NCBI GenBank assembly: GCA_036759345.1
Contig: DAIOUV010000012.1
Coordinates: forward strand, 7,310-71,309
Length of the DNA stretch: 64,000 nucleotides
Direction of reading: 5' to 3'
DNA from: Acidobacteriota bacterium
GTDB taxonomy: Bacteria; Acidobacteriota; Thermoanaerobaculia; UBA5066
Positions 7,745 through 17,497 of this stretch are shown piece by piece. Positions within the stretch are counted from its first letter, which is position 1. Each line of letters begins with the position of its first letter. Both the position numbers and the translations under genes were made by a program. A model generated the notes under the pieces. The model was given only the letters and a program-made list of their open reading frames with translations, was not told the origin of the DNA and searched no databases.

Positions 7745-9475
7745 TCACTTTCGGGGCGGGCTCTCCTCGCCGGAGAACGCAGAGACGAAGACGGATTTCT
7801 GGAGATAGCTCGTGGAATTCGTGACGTCGTCGCGCACGGCGATCGAGAGCTTCTGGCCGCCCGGGATCATGATGAGCTTGACATCGTAGCGAAAGTCCTT
7901 CCCGGCGAGGGTCTCGAACTTCTTCGCGTCGAGGTCGATCGGGACGGGCTGGGTCGTCAACTCGGACTGCTGGCCAGCCGAGTCGATGACCACGAAATAG
8001 AACACCACGCGGCCGCGCACCTTCGTTCCTTCGGGGAGCATCGCGAGACGCGCGTACGGGATCCGGATGACGACCGGCACCGCGAAGTTCTCGCGGTCCG
8101 CGGGCACGGGCTTGCCGACCTCCAGGCCCACGGCGAGCGGATTGTCGTCGCGGGGGAAGAAAAGGGCCGACGTGACCGCCTCGCGGACCTTCGTCTCGAC
8201 GCCCTTCTCGAGATAGCTGCGGCGCGCGCGCACGGTGAACCCCTTCTTCTTCACTTTCACCTCGACCTTGTGAGGGCGGTCGAGGCCCGAGCGGATGCTC
8301 CGGTAGCCGATCGAGTAGTACGACGTGTAGTCCTTCTCGATGTTCTTGAGCGCGACGAGGACGTCGTTCTTGTTCAGGATGGCCTCGCCGCCGGTCTCCT
8401 CGGCCATGAGGCTGAGCATCGACTGAAGGTTGTTCCGCTCGAGGAACGTGTCGAGGCGCTGGCCCTGGGTCCGGTTCTCGGCGGACACGTTCGAATCCAC
8501 CGAGAGGCCGGATGCGTCGATCGTGTAGACGGAAACGCCCGACGCGTTCGCCGCCTGAATGACACTGAGGTACTTCGTGGTCCGGTCGAACTCGAACAGC
8601 GAGGTGGAATGCATCGTCGCGTCCCGGTACTTGTCCGAAATGTACTGCCAGAGCTCCGCGCCCGGCGACTGCGGAAGGCCGTCGGAAACGTGGATCAGGA
8701 TCTTGCGTCCATCGACGCCCGCGAGCTGGTTGATCGTCGTCTTCATGGCGTCGATCGTGAAGGTCAAGTCGTTGTCGAGCGCCTGGCAGTAGCTGCGCAC
8801 GCGGCCCGCGGCCTGGTCGGCGGTGGTCGAGTCGTCGATCGCCTGAACGATGTCGCGCCGCTCCGACGAGATCTGCTGGCCGAGAGCGCTCTCCTCCTCG
8901 ATCTGCTTGAGGACGTCGGAGAGATCGCGGCCGTCGTTCGTGAACTTTCTCCGGATCTTCAGCGACCGGTTCCACACGACGACCATGCCCTCGATGTGGT
9001 CCTTGACGCTGTCGCGGACGAACGTCTCGACGTTCCGGAGGACGCGGTTGCGGCTGAACGGAGCGAGGTGGAGGTTGTCGATGAAGAGGACGATGCGGGT
9101 CTTCGGCGCGCTCGCGACCGGCGGAGGCGCGGGCGCGGCGCCGGGCTGAGCCGGAGCCGCCGCGGCCGGAGCCTCCTCGGCCGGCAGGAGCATCTTCCCC
9201 TGCTCGATCGGGGAGAAGTTCGTGATGAGCTGCTCGAGGTTGTCCTCGATGACGATGAAATCCTCTTTCTTCAGGCCGGTGATCCGGTTTCCCTTCCCGT
9301 CGGTGACAACGACGTCGAGGTTCGTGACGCTCACGACTTCTCCGCGAGCCACGTAGGGGCCGGCGGGCCTGTCGGGAGGAGAGGCCTGCGCCTGCGCCCG
9401 CGAAGCCGTGAGCGTGCCCGAGACGAGAATCAGGAGGGGAAAAAGGAGACGAGAGGAGCTCGCGCGAATCGCCAT
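7745..9475 (-). CDS. secreted von Willebrand factor A domain protein (VWFA-related Acidobacterial domain, TIGR03436-like)
   Basis: ATG at 9475 gives a signal peptide MAIRASSSRLLFPLLILVSGTLTASRAQA. VWA domain (IVLFIDNLHL...) with a long C-terminal domain. Family recalled from memory. Confidence 0.65.
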   Translation of the reverse strand: MAIRASSSRLLFPLLILVSGTLTASRAQAQASPPDRPAGPYVARGEVVSVTNLDVVVTDGKGNRITGLKKEDFIVIEDNLEQLITNFSPIEQGKMLLPAEEAPAAAAPAQPGAAPAPPPVASAPKTRIVLFIDNLHLAPFSRNRVLRNVETFVRDSVKDHIEGMVVVWNRSLKIRRKFTNDGRDLSDVLKQIEEESALGQQISSERRDIVQAIDDSTTADQAAGRVRSYCQALDNDLTFTIDAMKTTINQLAGVDGRKILIHVSDGLPQSPGAELWQYISDKYRDATMHSTSLFEFDRTTKYLSVIQAANASGVSVYTIDASGLSVDSNVSAENRTQGQRLDTFLERNNLQSMLSLMAEETGGEAILNKNDVLVALKNIEKDYTSYYSIGYRSIRSGLDRPHKVEVKVKKKGFTVRARRSYLEKGVETKVREAVTSALFFPRDDNPLAVGLEVGKPVPADRENFAVPVVIRIPYARLAMLPEGTKVRGRVVFYFVVIDSAGQQSELTTQPVPIDLDAKKFETLAGKDFRYDVKLIMIPGGQKLSIAVRDDVTNSTSYLQKSVFVSAFSGEESPPRK

Positions 9476-9515
9476 GGCCGGATTGTACGGGTCACGCGGA
9501 TAGAATCCCGCTCTG

Positions 9516-10103
9516 ATGACGATCCGCTTCCGGCGCCACCTCACCGCCGGTCTCCTCGTGCTCGTGCCCCTCGTCGTCACTGCCTCCGTCGTCAGGTTCG
9601 TCTTCAACACGATCGATGGCGCCAGCCAGCCGCTGACCGAGCGCCTCGTGGGCCGGACGATCCCGGGCCTCGGGCTTGTCCTGACGGTTGTCGTCATCTG
9701 GTTCACGGGCCTTCTCTCCTCGAACTTCATCGGGAAGAAAGTCCTTGAACTTTTCGGCCGCGTCTTGGAGAATCTCCCCCTTGTCAAGACGGTCTATACG
9801 GCCTCGAAGCAACTCGTCGAGGCTGTGTCGCCGGGCGGTCGTCGGGCGTTCCAGCGGGTCGTGCTTGTCGAATTTCCTCAGAAGGGAACCTTTGCGTTGG
9901 GATTCGTGACAGGGAACGGGATCGGAGGTCTGGAGGCCGGGACCCTTTCGGTTTACGTTCCGACGGCCCTGAACCCCACGAGTGGTTTCCTGATATTCGC
10001 GAAGGAACGCGATATCCTCGACCCCCGCCTCACGGTGGAGGAGGGGATCAAGCTCGTCGTCTCGGGCGGAGTCGTCAGGCCTCCCGGAAACGAAGGGAAC
10101 TAA
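9516..10103 (+). CDS. DUF502-family membrane protein
   Basis: MTIRFRRHLTAGLLVLVPLVVTASVVRFVFNTIDG... is the typical DUF502 N-terminus. Two TM segments. Confidence 0.7.
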   Translation: MTIRFRRHLTAGLLVLVPLVVTASVVRFVFNTIDGASQPLTERLVGRTIPGLGLVLTVVVIWFTGLLSSNFIGKKVLELFGRVLENLPLVKTVYTASKQLVEAVSPGGRRAFQRVVLVEFPQKGTFALGFVTGNGIGGLEAGTLSVYVPTALNPTSGFLIFAKERDILDPRLTVEEGIKLVVSGGVVRPPGNEGN

Positions 10104-10178
10104 GGGCCTTCGCGGGCGGTCCAACCGAGAGTCGGCCCGGAACGCCGGACGACGAGACTGGAAAGGAGTGAACGGGCG

Positions 10179-11075
10179 ATGACGGGAAATTTCTCCGGCA
10201 GGGGATGGACGGTTCGGCGAATCGCCGCCGCGAGCCTCGCCGTACTGTCGCTCGGCGCCGCGGGCTGCGACAAGTTCAAGAGCAAGCAGCTCATCCGCGA
10301 GGGCAACGCCTACTTCAAGGAACAGCTCTACGAGGAGGCCCTCAAGAAGTACGAAGCCGCTCAGGCGCTCGACCCGAGCGAAGTCCGCCTCGACAAGTTC
10401 GTGGCGATGGGCTACATGGCGCTCTACAACCCCGGCTCGACCCACCCGAAGGACCAGGAGGCCCTGAACCGGTCGATCGAGCACTTCAAGAAGTACCTCG
10501 CCGCCAAGCCCGAGGACGACAAGGCCGCGAAGTTCCTCGTCACGACCTACATGAACGCCCAGAAATACGACGACGCGATCAAGTACTTCAAGGAGCTCGT
10601 CGCCAAGCACCCGCAGGACTCCCAGGCCGTCCAGACGATCGCGATGCTGTACGCGAAACAGGGCGACTACGAGAACTCCATGGAGTGGCAGAAGAAGCGC
10701 GGCGAGCTCGAGCCGAACAACTCCGACGTGTTCTACACGATGGGCGTCACGGCGTGGGACAAGTCCTACAACACGATGGGGATCGACGCCGCTCCGGACA
10801 AGGGCATCACGAACGAAAAGCGGAAAGAGATGCTCGATTTCGGGATGGCGCAGCTCGACAAGGCCATCCAGCTGAATCCCGACTACTTCGAGGCCATGCT
10901 CTACAAGAACCTTCTCTACCGGCAGTACGTGCGGATCGAGGCGGATCCGGCAAAGGTGGCCGAGCTGAACGCGAAGGCCACCGAGTGGCAGCAGAAGGCG
11001 CTCGAGATCCGCAAGAAGATGCAGGAGAAACGCCGTCTCGAGCAGGCAAACAAGAATCCGCTCGAGGCGCTGTAG
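10179..11075 (+). CDS. TPR-repeat lipoprotein
   Basis: Lipobox LGAAGC. TPR-like repeats with YxxA(L)/KY patterns. Immediately upstream of tonB-exbBD. Confidence 0.7.
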   Translation: MTGNFSGRGWTVRRIAAASLAVLSLGAAGCDKFKSKQLIREGNAYFKEQLYEEALKKYEAAQALDPSEVRLDKFVAMGYMALYNPGSTHPKDQEALNRSIEHFKKYLAAKPEDDKAAKFLVTTYMNAQKYDDAIKYFKELVAKHPQDSQAVQTIAMLYAKQGDYENSMEWQKKRGELEPNNSDVFYTMGVTAWDKSYNTMGIDAAPDKGITNEKRKEMLDFGMAQLDKAIQLNPDYFEAMLYKNLLYRQYVRIEADPAKVAELNAKATEWQQKALEIRKKMQEKRRLEQANKNPLEAL

Positions 11076-11093
11076 GGAGGCAGGAGAGGACGC

Positions 11094-11831
11094 ATGTTCG
11101 AAGCCTCGCTCATCGAGTCCGCGAAGCACAAGGGCGGCGGCCAGCGCTGGTACACAATGCCGCTCTCGGTCCTCATCCACTTCGTCGTGATCGGGACCGC
11201 GCTCGGCCTCTCGATGTGGTACATCGAGGACATCCCCGAGCCCCCGATTCCAGTGCAGTTCTACTCCATGGCGGCTCCCCCGCCTCCTCCGCCGCCGCCG
11301 CCTCCGAAGGCCGCGGCCGCGAAGCCCACGGCGCAGAAGGTCGAGCCGGTCAAGCCGAGCCAGATCACCTCGCCGCTTGTCGTTCCCGACACGCTTCCCC
11401 CGCCGACGAGCGTCCCGGAGCCCGATAACGCCGGCGTCGAAGGCGGCGTCGAAGGCGGCGTCGAGGGCGGCGTCGCGGGCGGCGTCATGGGCGGCGTCCT
11501 CGGCGGCGTCAAGGGTGGCATGCTCGGCGAGAAGGGCGAGGAGCCCCTCCGGGTCGGCGGCGAGGTCAAGGAGCCGGTCGAAATCTCGCGCGTGAAGCCC
11601 TCGTATCCCGAGGCGGCGCGCAAGGCGCGCATGCAGGGGGTCTGCATCCTGGAGGCCATCATCACGAGGTCTGGAGACGTCGAATCCGTTCGCGTCCTGC
11701 GCGGCCTCAACCCGCTCCTCGACAGCGCCGCGATCCGCGCGGTGCAGCAGTGGAAATACAAGCCGGCCACATTCAACGGCCGGCCGGTCCCCGTTTACCT
11801 CACCGTGACCGTGACCTTCACTCTTCAGTGA
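11094..11831 (+). CDS. tonB: energy transducer TonB
   Basis: N-terminal TM anchor, a Pro11 run, a (GGV)n linker and a TonB C-terminal domain (VKPSYPEAARKARMQGVCILEAII...KYKPATFNGRPV). Confidence 0.85.
   Translation: MFEASLIESAKHKGGGQRWYTMPLSVLIHFVVIGTALGLSMWYIEDIPEPPIPVQFYSMAAPPPPPPPPPPKAAAAKPTAQKVEPVKPSQITSPLVVPDTLPPPTSVPEPDNAGVEGGVEGGVEGGVAGGVMGGVLGGVKGGMLGEKGEEPLRVGGEVKEPVEISRVKPSYPEAARKARMQGVCILEAIITRSGDVESVRVLRGLNPLLDSAAIRAVQQWKYKPATFNGRPVPVYLTVTVTFTLQ
11430..11520 (+). repeat. 9-bp tandem coding repeat (GGCGGCGTC x ~9) encoding (GGV)n within tonB; adjacent Pro11-coding CCG/CCT run at 11274..11309
   Basis: Seen directly in sequence and translation (AGVEGGVEGGVEGGVAGGVMGGVLGGVKGG). Confidence 0.85.
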
Positions 11832-11916
11832 CGGAGCGGCGAGACCTGACGAAATAGAATTAGGCATCCGAAAACAAAGCACGAACCGAGTCAGAAATTC
11901 AAGGAGGACGATTCAA

Positions 11917-12597
11917 ATGGATATGAGTGTTGGAGGCCTCTGGACCTCGATGGGCCCGATGGCCAAGGGCATTTTCATCCTTCTCTGCGTACTCTCCGTC
12001 TACTCGCTGGCCGTTTCGGTCGAGCGCTGGCTGATGTTCCAGAAGGCGCGGCAACAGTCCGTCAAGTTCGCCCTCGAGGTCGGCCAGTACCTCAAGCAGG
12101 ACAAGCTGAAGGAAGCCATCGACCTCGCCAAGAAGTACAAGCACAGCCACGTCGCGAAGGTGGTCTCGGCGGGCCTCCTCGAATTCGCATACGAGGCGCA
12201 CGGAGCGGCTTCGCAGGGGCACGACACGGTCGCCGCGGCCGAGCGGGCGATCGAGCGCGCCTCCATGATGACCACCGCGGACATGAAGAAGGGCCTCGGC
12301 GGCCTCGCCACGATCGCGACGACGGCGCCGTTCATCGGCCTCCTCGGAACGGTCATCGGCATCATCAACGCCTTCCGCGGCATGGCGCAGTCGGGAGCCG
12401 GCGGCCTCGGAACGGTGTCTGCCGGTATCTCCGAGGCGCTCGTCACGACGGCCGTCGGTCTCTTCGTCGCCATTCCGGCCGTCTGGCTCTACAACCTGTT
12501 CCTGAACAAGGTCGAGCGCTTCCAGGTCGAGATGTCGAACTCGGCGTCCGAGCTGGTCGACTACTTCATGAAGCGCCAGGCCGCGAAATCGGCGTAA
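11917..12597 (+). CDS. exbB: MotA/TolQ/ExbB proton-channel protein
   Basis: Three TM segments. Conserved GLLGTVIGIINAF and AISEALVTTAVGL motifs. Confidence 0.88.
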   Translation: MDMSVGGLWTSMGPMAKGIFILLCVLSVYSLAVSVERWLMFQKARQQSVKFALEVGQYLKQDKLKEAIDLAKKYKHSHVAKVVSAGLLEFAYEAHGAASQGHDTVAAAERAIERASMMTTADMKKGLGGLATIATTAPFIGLLGTVIGIINAFRGMAQSGAGGLGTVSAGISEALVTTAVGLFVAIPAVWLYNLFLNKVERFQVEMSNSASELVDYFMKRQAAKSA

Positions 12598-12630
12598 GGA
12601 CGCGACCGGGAATCCCAGGAGGAAGTTTCG

Positions 12631-13050
12631 ATGGGAATGGATAGCTTCGGCGGCCGGCAGGACATGAAGAGCGACATCAACGTGACGCCGCTCGTCGACG
12701 TGTGCCTCGTCCTCCTCATCATTTTCATGGTCGTGACCCCGATGCTCCAGAAGGGCAAGGCCGTCATGCTTCCGCAGACCGAGCGGCCCGACAAGAAGCC
12801 CGAGTCCGACAAGGAGCTTCTCATTTCGGTGCAGGCCGACAAGACCATCTTCATCGACACGAAGTGGTTCCCGGACAAGGACTTCGCCGCGAAGATGAGG
12901 GAATTCGGCGAGCGCTCCTCGAACAAGGACGTGCTCATCAAGGCCGACCAGCGCCTGAACTTCGGTGACGTCAAGCACGTCATGGGGATGGTCAAGGACG
13001 CCGGATTCGAGCACGTGGGTCTCATCACCGAAAAAAAGGCCGAGAAGTAA
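12631..13050 (+). CDS. exbD: biopolymer transport protein ExbD/TolR
   Basis: DINVTPLVDVCLVLLIIFMV N-terminal TM anchor plus ExbD periplasmic domain. Confidence 0.85.
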   Translation: MGMDSFGGRQDMKSDINVTPLVDVCLVLLIIFMVVTPMLQKGKAVMLPQTERPDKKPESDKELLISVQADKTIFIDTKWFPDKDFAAKMREFGERSSNKDVLIKADQRLNFGDVKHVMGMVKDAGFEHVGLITEKKAEK

Positions 13051-13079
13051 ACGAGAAGTAAGAGCCAAGGAGTCAGATC

Positions 13080-13529
13080 ATGAGCATGGACTTAGGAGGA
13101 CACGGCGGACCCAAGTCGGAGATCAACGTGACTCCGCTCGTGGACGTCGTCCTCGTGCTTCTCATCATCTTCATGGTCGTCCAGCCGCTCCTCCAGCGCG
13201 GCTATGAGGTGCAGGTTCCCCCGAACGCGCCTCCGCAGCAGCCCAACACGCCGCCCCCGACGGACCAGATCATCGTGTCGCTCACGGCGAACCGCGAGTA
13301 CTACCTGAACAAGGAAAAGGTGGAGCCCGCGAACATCGCGGTCCGCCTCCAGGAAGTCCTCCGCAACCGGAGCTCGAAGGTGGTCTTCTTCTCGGCTGAA
13401 GACACCGTCAAATACGACGACGCGATGAGGCTGATGGACATCGTCCGCAACAGCGGAAGCGGCGACAAGAAGGTCAACATCGGCATCGTCATGGACTGGG
13501 TCAGCCCGTCCGCGGCCGCGACTCCCTGA
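13080..13529 (+). CDS. exbD: biopolymer transport protein ExbD/TolR (second copy)
   Basis: EINVTPLVDVVLVLLIIFMV, paralogous to the preceding gene. Confidence 0.85.
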   Translation: MSMDLGGHGGPKSEINVTPLVDVVLVLLIIFMVVQPLLQRGYEVQVPPNAPPQQPNTPPPTDQIIVSLTANREYYLNKEKVEPANIAVRLQEVLRNRSSKVVFFSAEDTVKYDDAMRLMDIVRNSGSGDKKVNIGIVMDWVSPSAAATP

Positions 13530-13563
13530 CCTTGACTCCCGGAAACTCCGCCCGACCCCCGAC

Positions 13564-13584
13564 GTCCCCGGTTCCGCCGGGGAC
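13564..13584 (+). terminator. putative hairpin terminator after exbD2 (GC-rich, no U-tract)
   Basis: Perfect 8-bp stem GTCCCCGG/CCGGGGAC with a 5-nt loop, 35 nt after the exbD2 stop. Confidence 0.3.
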
Positions 13585-13638
13585 GCGGCCTGTCTGACCC
13601 TCCCTATCTCTCACCTCGACGAAAGGACGTTCACCGCG

Positions 13639-16071
13639 ATGACCACTCTTCCGTCCCCGGCCCGCCGCGCCGCCCGCTGGCCACGGTTTGCCCCGGCCGC
13701 TTGGCTCCTCGTGGCGCTCTTCAGCGCGACGACCGCCCGTGCCGACGAATCCGAGCTCATCCTCCCGGACCTCACCTCCGTCACGTTCCTCGGGATGACC
13801 GGGAGGGCCCTCCTCATGCTCGGGCTCATCGTGTGCTTCGCCGGCCTCGCCTTCGGGCTCTTCATGTACGGCAAGCTGAAGAACCTGCCCGTGCACAAGG
13901 CGATGCGCGACGTGTCCGAGCTCATCTACGAGACGTGCAAGACGTACCTCATCACGCAGGGCAAGTTCATCCTCGTCCTGGAGCTCTTCATCGGGGCGAT
14001 CCTGGTCGTCTACTTCGGCGGCCTGAGGCATATGGAGGCCCTGAAGGTCGGGGTGATCCTCCTCGCGAGCCTCGTCGGGATCGGGGGGAGCTACGGCGTC
14101 GCCTGGTTCGGCATCCGCATCAACACGTTCGCGAACTCGCGCACGGCCTTCGCGAGCCTCAAAGGCAAGCCCTTCCCCACCTACGCCATTCCGCTCGCGG
14201 CGGGCATGTCGATCGGCACGATGCTCATTTCCACCGAGCTGCTTCTGATGCTCGGCATCCTCCTCTTCATCCCGAGAGATTTCGCGGGCCCGTGCTTCAT
14301 CGGCTTCGCGATCGGCGAGTCCCTCGGCGCCTCGGCGCTCCGCATCGCGGGCGGCATCTTCACGAAGATCGCCGACATCGGATCGGACCTCATGAAGATC
14401 GTCTTCAAGATCAAGGAAGACGACGCGCGCAACCCGGGTGTCATCGCGGACTGCACGGGCGACAACGCCGGCGACTCCGTGGGCCCGACGGCCGACGGAT
14501 TCGAGACCTACGGCGTCACGGGGGTCGCGCTCATCTCGTTCATCCTCCTCGCGGTCCCCGACGCGACGACGCAGGTCAAGCTCCTCGTGTGGCTCTTCGC
14601 GATGCGCATCATGATGATCGTCGCGAGCGTCGCCTCCTACTGGATCAACGACGCCCTCGCGAAGGCGAAGTACTCGGGCGCCGACAAGATGAACTTCGAA
14701 GCGCCGCTGACGTCCCTCGTCTGGATCACCTCGTTCGTCTCGGTCGCGATCACGTTCGTCGTGTCGTACCTCCTGATCCCCGAGCTCGGTGACGGGACGC
14801 TTTGGTGGAAGCTCGGCGCCGTCATCACATGCGGCACGCTCGCCGGCGCCATCATTCCCGAGCTCGTGAAGGTCTTCACGTCCACGGAGTCGCGCCACGT
14901 GCGCGAGATCGTCAAGGCGTCGCGGGAGGGCGGCGCCTCACTGAACGTCCTCTCCGGTCTCACCGCGGGAAATTTCGCGGCTTACTGGATGGGCCTCGCG
15001 ATCGTCGTCCTCATGGGAGGCGGGTACCTCGTCTCGACGGCATTCCCGCCCGGAATCATGATCGCGCCCGCGACGTTCGCGTTCGGCCTCGTCGCCTTCG
15101 GCTTCCTCGGCATGGGTCCCGTCACGATCGCGGTCGACTCGTACGGCCCGGTCACGGACAACGCCCAGTCCATTTACGAGCTGTCTCTCATCGAGAACGT
15201 GCCGGACATCAAGGCCGAGATGAAGCGTGACTTCGGCTTCGACCTCGACTTCGACAAGGCGAAGCACTTCCTGGAGGAGAACGACGGCGCCGGGAACACC
15301 TTCAAGGCCACAGCCAAGCCCGTCCTCATCGGAACCGCGGTCGTCGGCGCCACGACGATGATCTTCTCCATCATCATGATCCTGACTCACGGGCTGAAGA
15401 GCGACATCGACAAGCTCTCGATCCTCCATTCGCCCTTCCTCCTCGGGCTCGTCACGGGCGGCGCGATCATCTATTGGTTCACGGGCGCCTCCACGCAGGC
15501 GGTCTCGACGGGCGCCTACCGCGCCGTGGAGTTCATCAAGAAGACCATCAAGCTCGACGCCTCCGTCGAGAAGGCTTCCGTCGAGGACAGCAAGGCGGTC
15601 GTCGCCATCTGCACGAAGTACGCGCAAAAAGGCATGTTCAACATCTTCCTGGTCGTCTTCTTCTCCACGCTCGCGTTCGCGTGCCTCGAGCCTTTCTTTT
15701 TCATCGGCTACCTCATCTCGATCGCCGTGTTCGGCCTCTACCAGGCGATCTTCATGGCGAACGCGGGGGGCGCGTGGGACAACGCGAAGAAGCTCGTCGA
15801 GGTGGAGCTGAAGGAGAAGGGCACGCCGCTTCACGACGCATGCGTCGTCGGCGACACTGTGGGCGACCCCTTCAAGGACACGTCGTCCGTCGCCATGAAC
15901 CCGATCATCAAGTTCACGACCCTCTTCGGCCTTCTCGCCGTGGAGCTCGCGATCGGACTGTCGCGCTCGACGAGCCTCGCGCTGTTCCTCGTCTTCTTCG
16001 CCGTGTCCGTCGTCTTCGTCTATCGCTCCTTCTACGGGATGCGGATCGAGATCTCCCCGACGGCGACGTGA
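13639..16071 (+). CDS. hppA: membrane-bound proton-translocating pyrophosphatase (H+-PPase)
   Basis: Motifs GGIFTKIADIGSDL and NPGVIADCTGDNAGDSVGPTADGFETYG, and DNAQSIYELS. About 16 TM helices. 810 aa. Confidence 0.88.
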   Translation: MTTLPSPARRAARWPRFAPAAWLLVALFSATTARADESELILPDLTSVTFLGMTGRALLMLGLIVCFAGLAFGLFMYGKLKNLPVHKAMRDVSELIYETCKTYLITQGKFILVLELFIGAILVVYFGGLRHMEALKVGVILLASLVGIGGSYGVAWFGIRINTFANSRTAFASLKGKPFPTYAIPLAAGMSIGTMLISTELLLMLGILLFIPRDFAGPCFIGFAIGESLGASALRIAGGIFTKIADIGSDLMKIVFKIKEDDARNPGVIADCTGDNAGDSVGPTADGFETYGVTGVALISFILLAVPDATTQVKLLVWLFAMRIMMIVASVASYWINDALAKAKYSGADKMNFEAPLTSLVWITSFVSVAITFVVSYLLIPELGDGTLWWKLGAVITCGTLAGAIIPELVKVFTSTESRHVREIVKASREGGASLNVLSGLTAGNFAAYWMGLAIVVLMGGGYLVSTAFPPGIMIAPATFAFGLVAFGFLGMGPVTIAVDSYGPVTDNAQSIYELSLIENVPDIKAEMKRDFGFDLDFDKAKHFLEENDGAGNTFKATAKPVLIGTAVVGATTMIFSIIMILTHGLKSDIDKLSILHSPFLLGLVTGGAIIYWFTGASTQAVSTGAYRAVEFIKKTIKLDASVEKASVEDSKAVVAICTKYAQKGMFNIFLVVFFSTLAFACLEPFFFIGYLISIAVFGLYQAIFMANAGGAWDNAKKLVEVELKEKGTPLHDACVVGDTVGDPFKDTSSVAMNPIIKFTTLFGLLAVELAIGLSRSTSLALFLVFFAVSVVFVYRSFYGMRIEISPTAT

Positions 16072-16081
16072 GGAGAGACCC

Positions 16082-17497
16082 ATGGGCACGATGACGAGGT
16101 CCGGGACCACCCAGCCGGCGTTTCCGAAAACGCTCCCCAGGCGGCTCGGCCTCTTCGACGCGACCACGATCGTCGCGGGCTCGATGATCGGCTCGGGCAT
16201 CTTCATCACCTCGGCCGACATCACGCGGCAGGTCAAGAGCGCGAGCCTCCTCATCCTCGTGTGGGTTTTCACGGCGCTCGTCACGGTGGCGGGCGCGTGG
16301 AGCTACGGCAAGCTCGCGATGGCCTTTCCGAAGGCCGGCGGACAGTATGTATACCTGCGCGAGGCCTGGGGCGACATGGGCGGGTTCCTATACGGCTGGG
16401 CCGTCCTCCTCGTGATCCAGACGGGCACGATCGCGGCCGTGGCCGTCGCGTTCGCGAAGTATCTGGGCGTCCTCATTCCGGCCATTTCCTCGAAACACGT
16501 GTTCTTCAAGGCAAAATTCCTCAGCATCACGCCGCTCGAGATCGTCGCGATCCTGCTTATCGCTCTCCTCACCTGGTGGAACACGACGAGTGTCGAGAAC
16601 GGCGCCCGCCTCCAGAATGTTTTCACGGCGGCGAAGGTCCTCTCCCTCGTGGGCCTCCTGTCCGTGTGCTTCCTGGCCGGCGGGCAGCTCGGGAACGTCT
16701 CGTGGGCGCTTCCCGCCGCCGGGGATCTCAAGATTCCCCTCCTGTGGGCGTTCGCCATTGCCACCGTCGGCTCGCTCTTCTCGGCCGACGCGTGGAACAA
16801 CGTGACGTTTCTGGGCGAAGAAGTGCGCGACGCCGAGCGCAACGTCCCGAAGGCCCTCGTGTACGGCACGGGCCTCGTGACGCTCCTCTATGTCCTCACG
16901 AACATCGGCTACCTCAACGCCCTCCCCCTGCCGGGGATCGCGGGAGCCCCCGAAGACCGCGTCGCGACGGCGGCCATCGGCGCCGTCTCGGGCTCGGCCG
17001 AGGTGGGCACGCCGGCCCTCATCATGGCCTGCGTCATTCTCGTGTCGACGTTCGGCTGTCTGAACGGCCTCATCCTGTCCGGGTCGCGCGTCCTTTACGC
17101 GATGTCGCGCGACGGCCTTTTCCTTCCCGCCTTCTCAGAGGTGGCTCCCCGCACGATGATCCCGGTCAATGCCCTCGTGGCGCAGTTTGTCTGGTCGGCC
17201 GTACTCTGCCTCTCGGGCACCTACGGCGACCTCCTCGACTACGTCATCACGACCGTCCTCATCTTCTACATCGCCACGATCGTCGGCCGCTGGAAGCTCG
17301 CCCGCACAAACCCCGCCCTCGCGCCGCGGTCGTTCCTCGACCGCATCGTGCCCGTGCTATACGTCGCCGCCACGGGCTACGTCACGGTCGCCCTCGCGCT
17401 CTACAAGCCCACCTATACGGTTCCGGGGCTCGTCATCGTGGCTCTCGGCGTCCCCGCGTTCTTCCTGTTCCGGAGAAAGAGGCCCGATTCCGCCTAG
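16082..17497 (+). CDS. APC-family amino acid permease
   Basis: 12 TM helices. N-terminal FDATTIVAGSMIGSGIF signature of amino acid/polyamine/organocation transporters. Confidence 0.85.
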   Translation: MGTMTRSGTTQPAFPKTLPRRLGLFDATTIVAGSMIGSGIFITSADITRQVKSASLLILVWVFTALVTVAGAWSYGKLAMAFPKAGGQYVYLREAWGDMGGFLYGWAVLLVIQTGTIAAVAVAFAKYLGVLIPAISSKHVFFKAKFLSITPLEIVAILLIALLTWWNTTSVENGARLQNVFTAAKVLSLVGLLSVCFLAGGQLGNVSWALPAAGDLKIPLLWAFAIATVGSLFSADAWNNVTFLGEEVRDAERNVPKALVYGTGLVTLLYVLTNIGYLNALPLPGIAGAPEDRVATAAIGAVSGSAEVGTPALIMACVILVSTFGCLNGLILSGSRVLYAMSRDGLFLPAFSEVAPRTMIPVNALVAQFVWSAVLCLSGTYGDLLDYVITTVLIFYIATIVGRWKLARTNPALAPRSFLDRIVPVLYVAATGYVTVALALYKPTYTVPGLVIVALGVPAFFLFRRKRPDSA

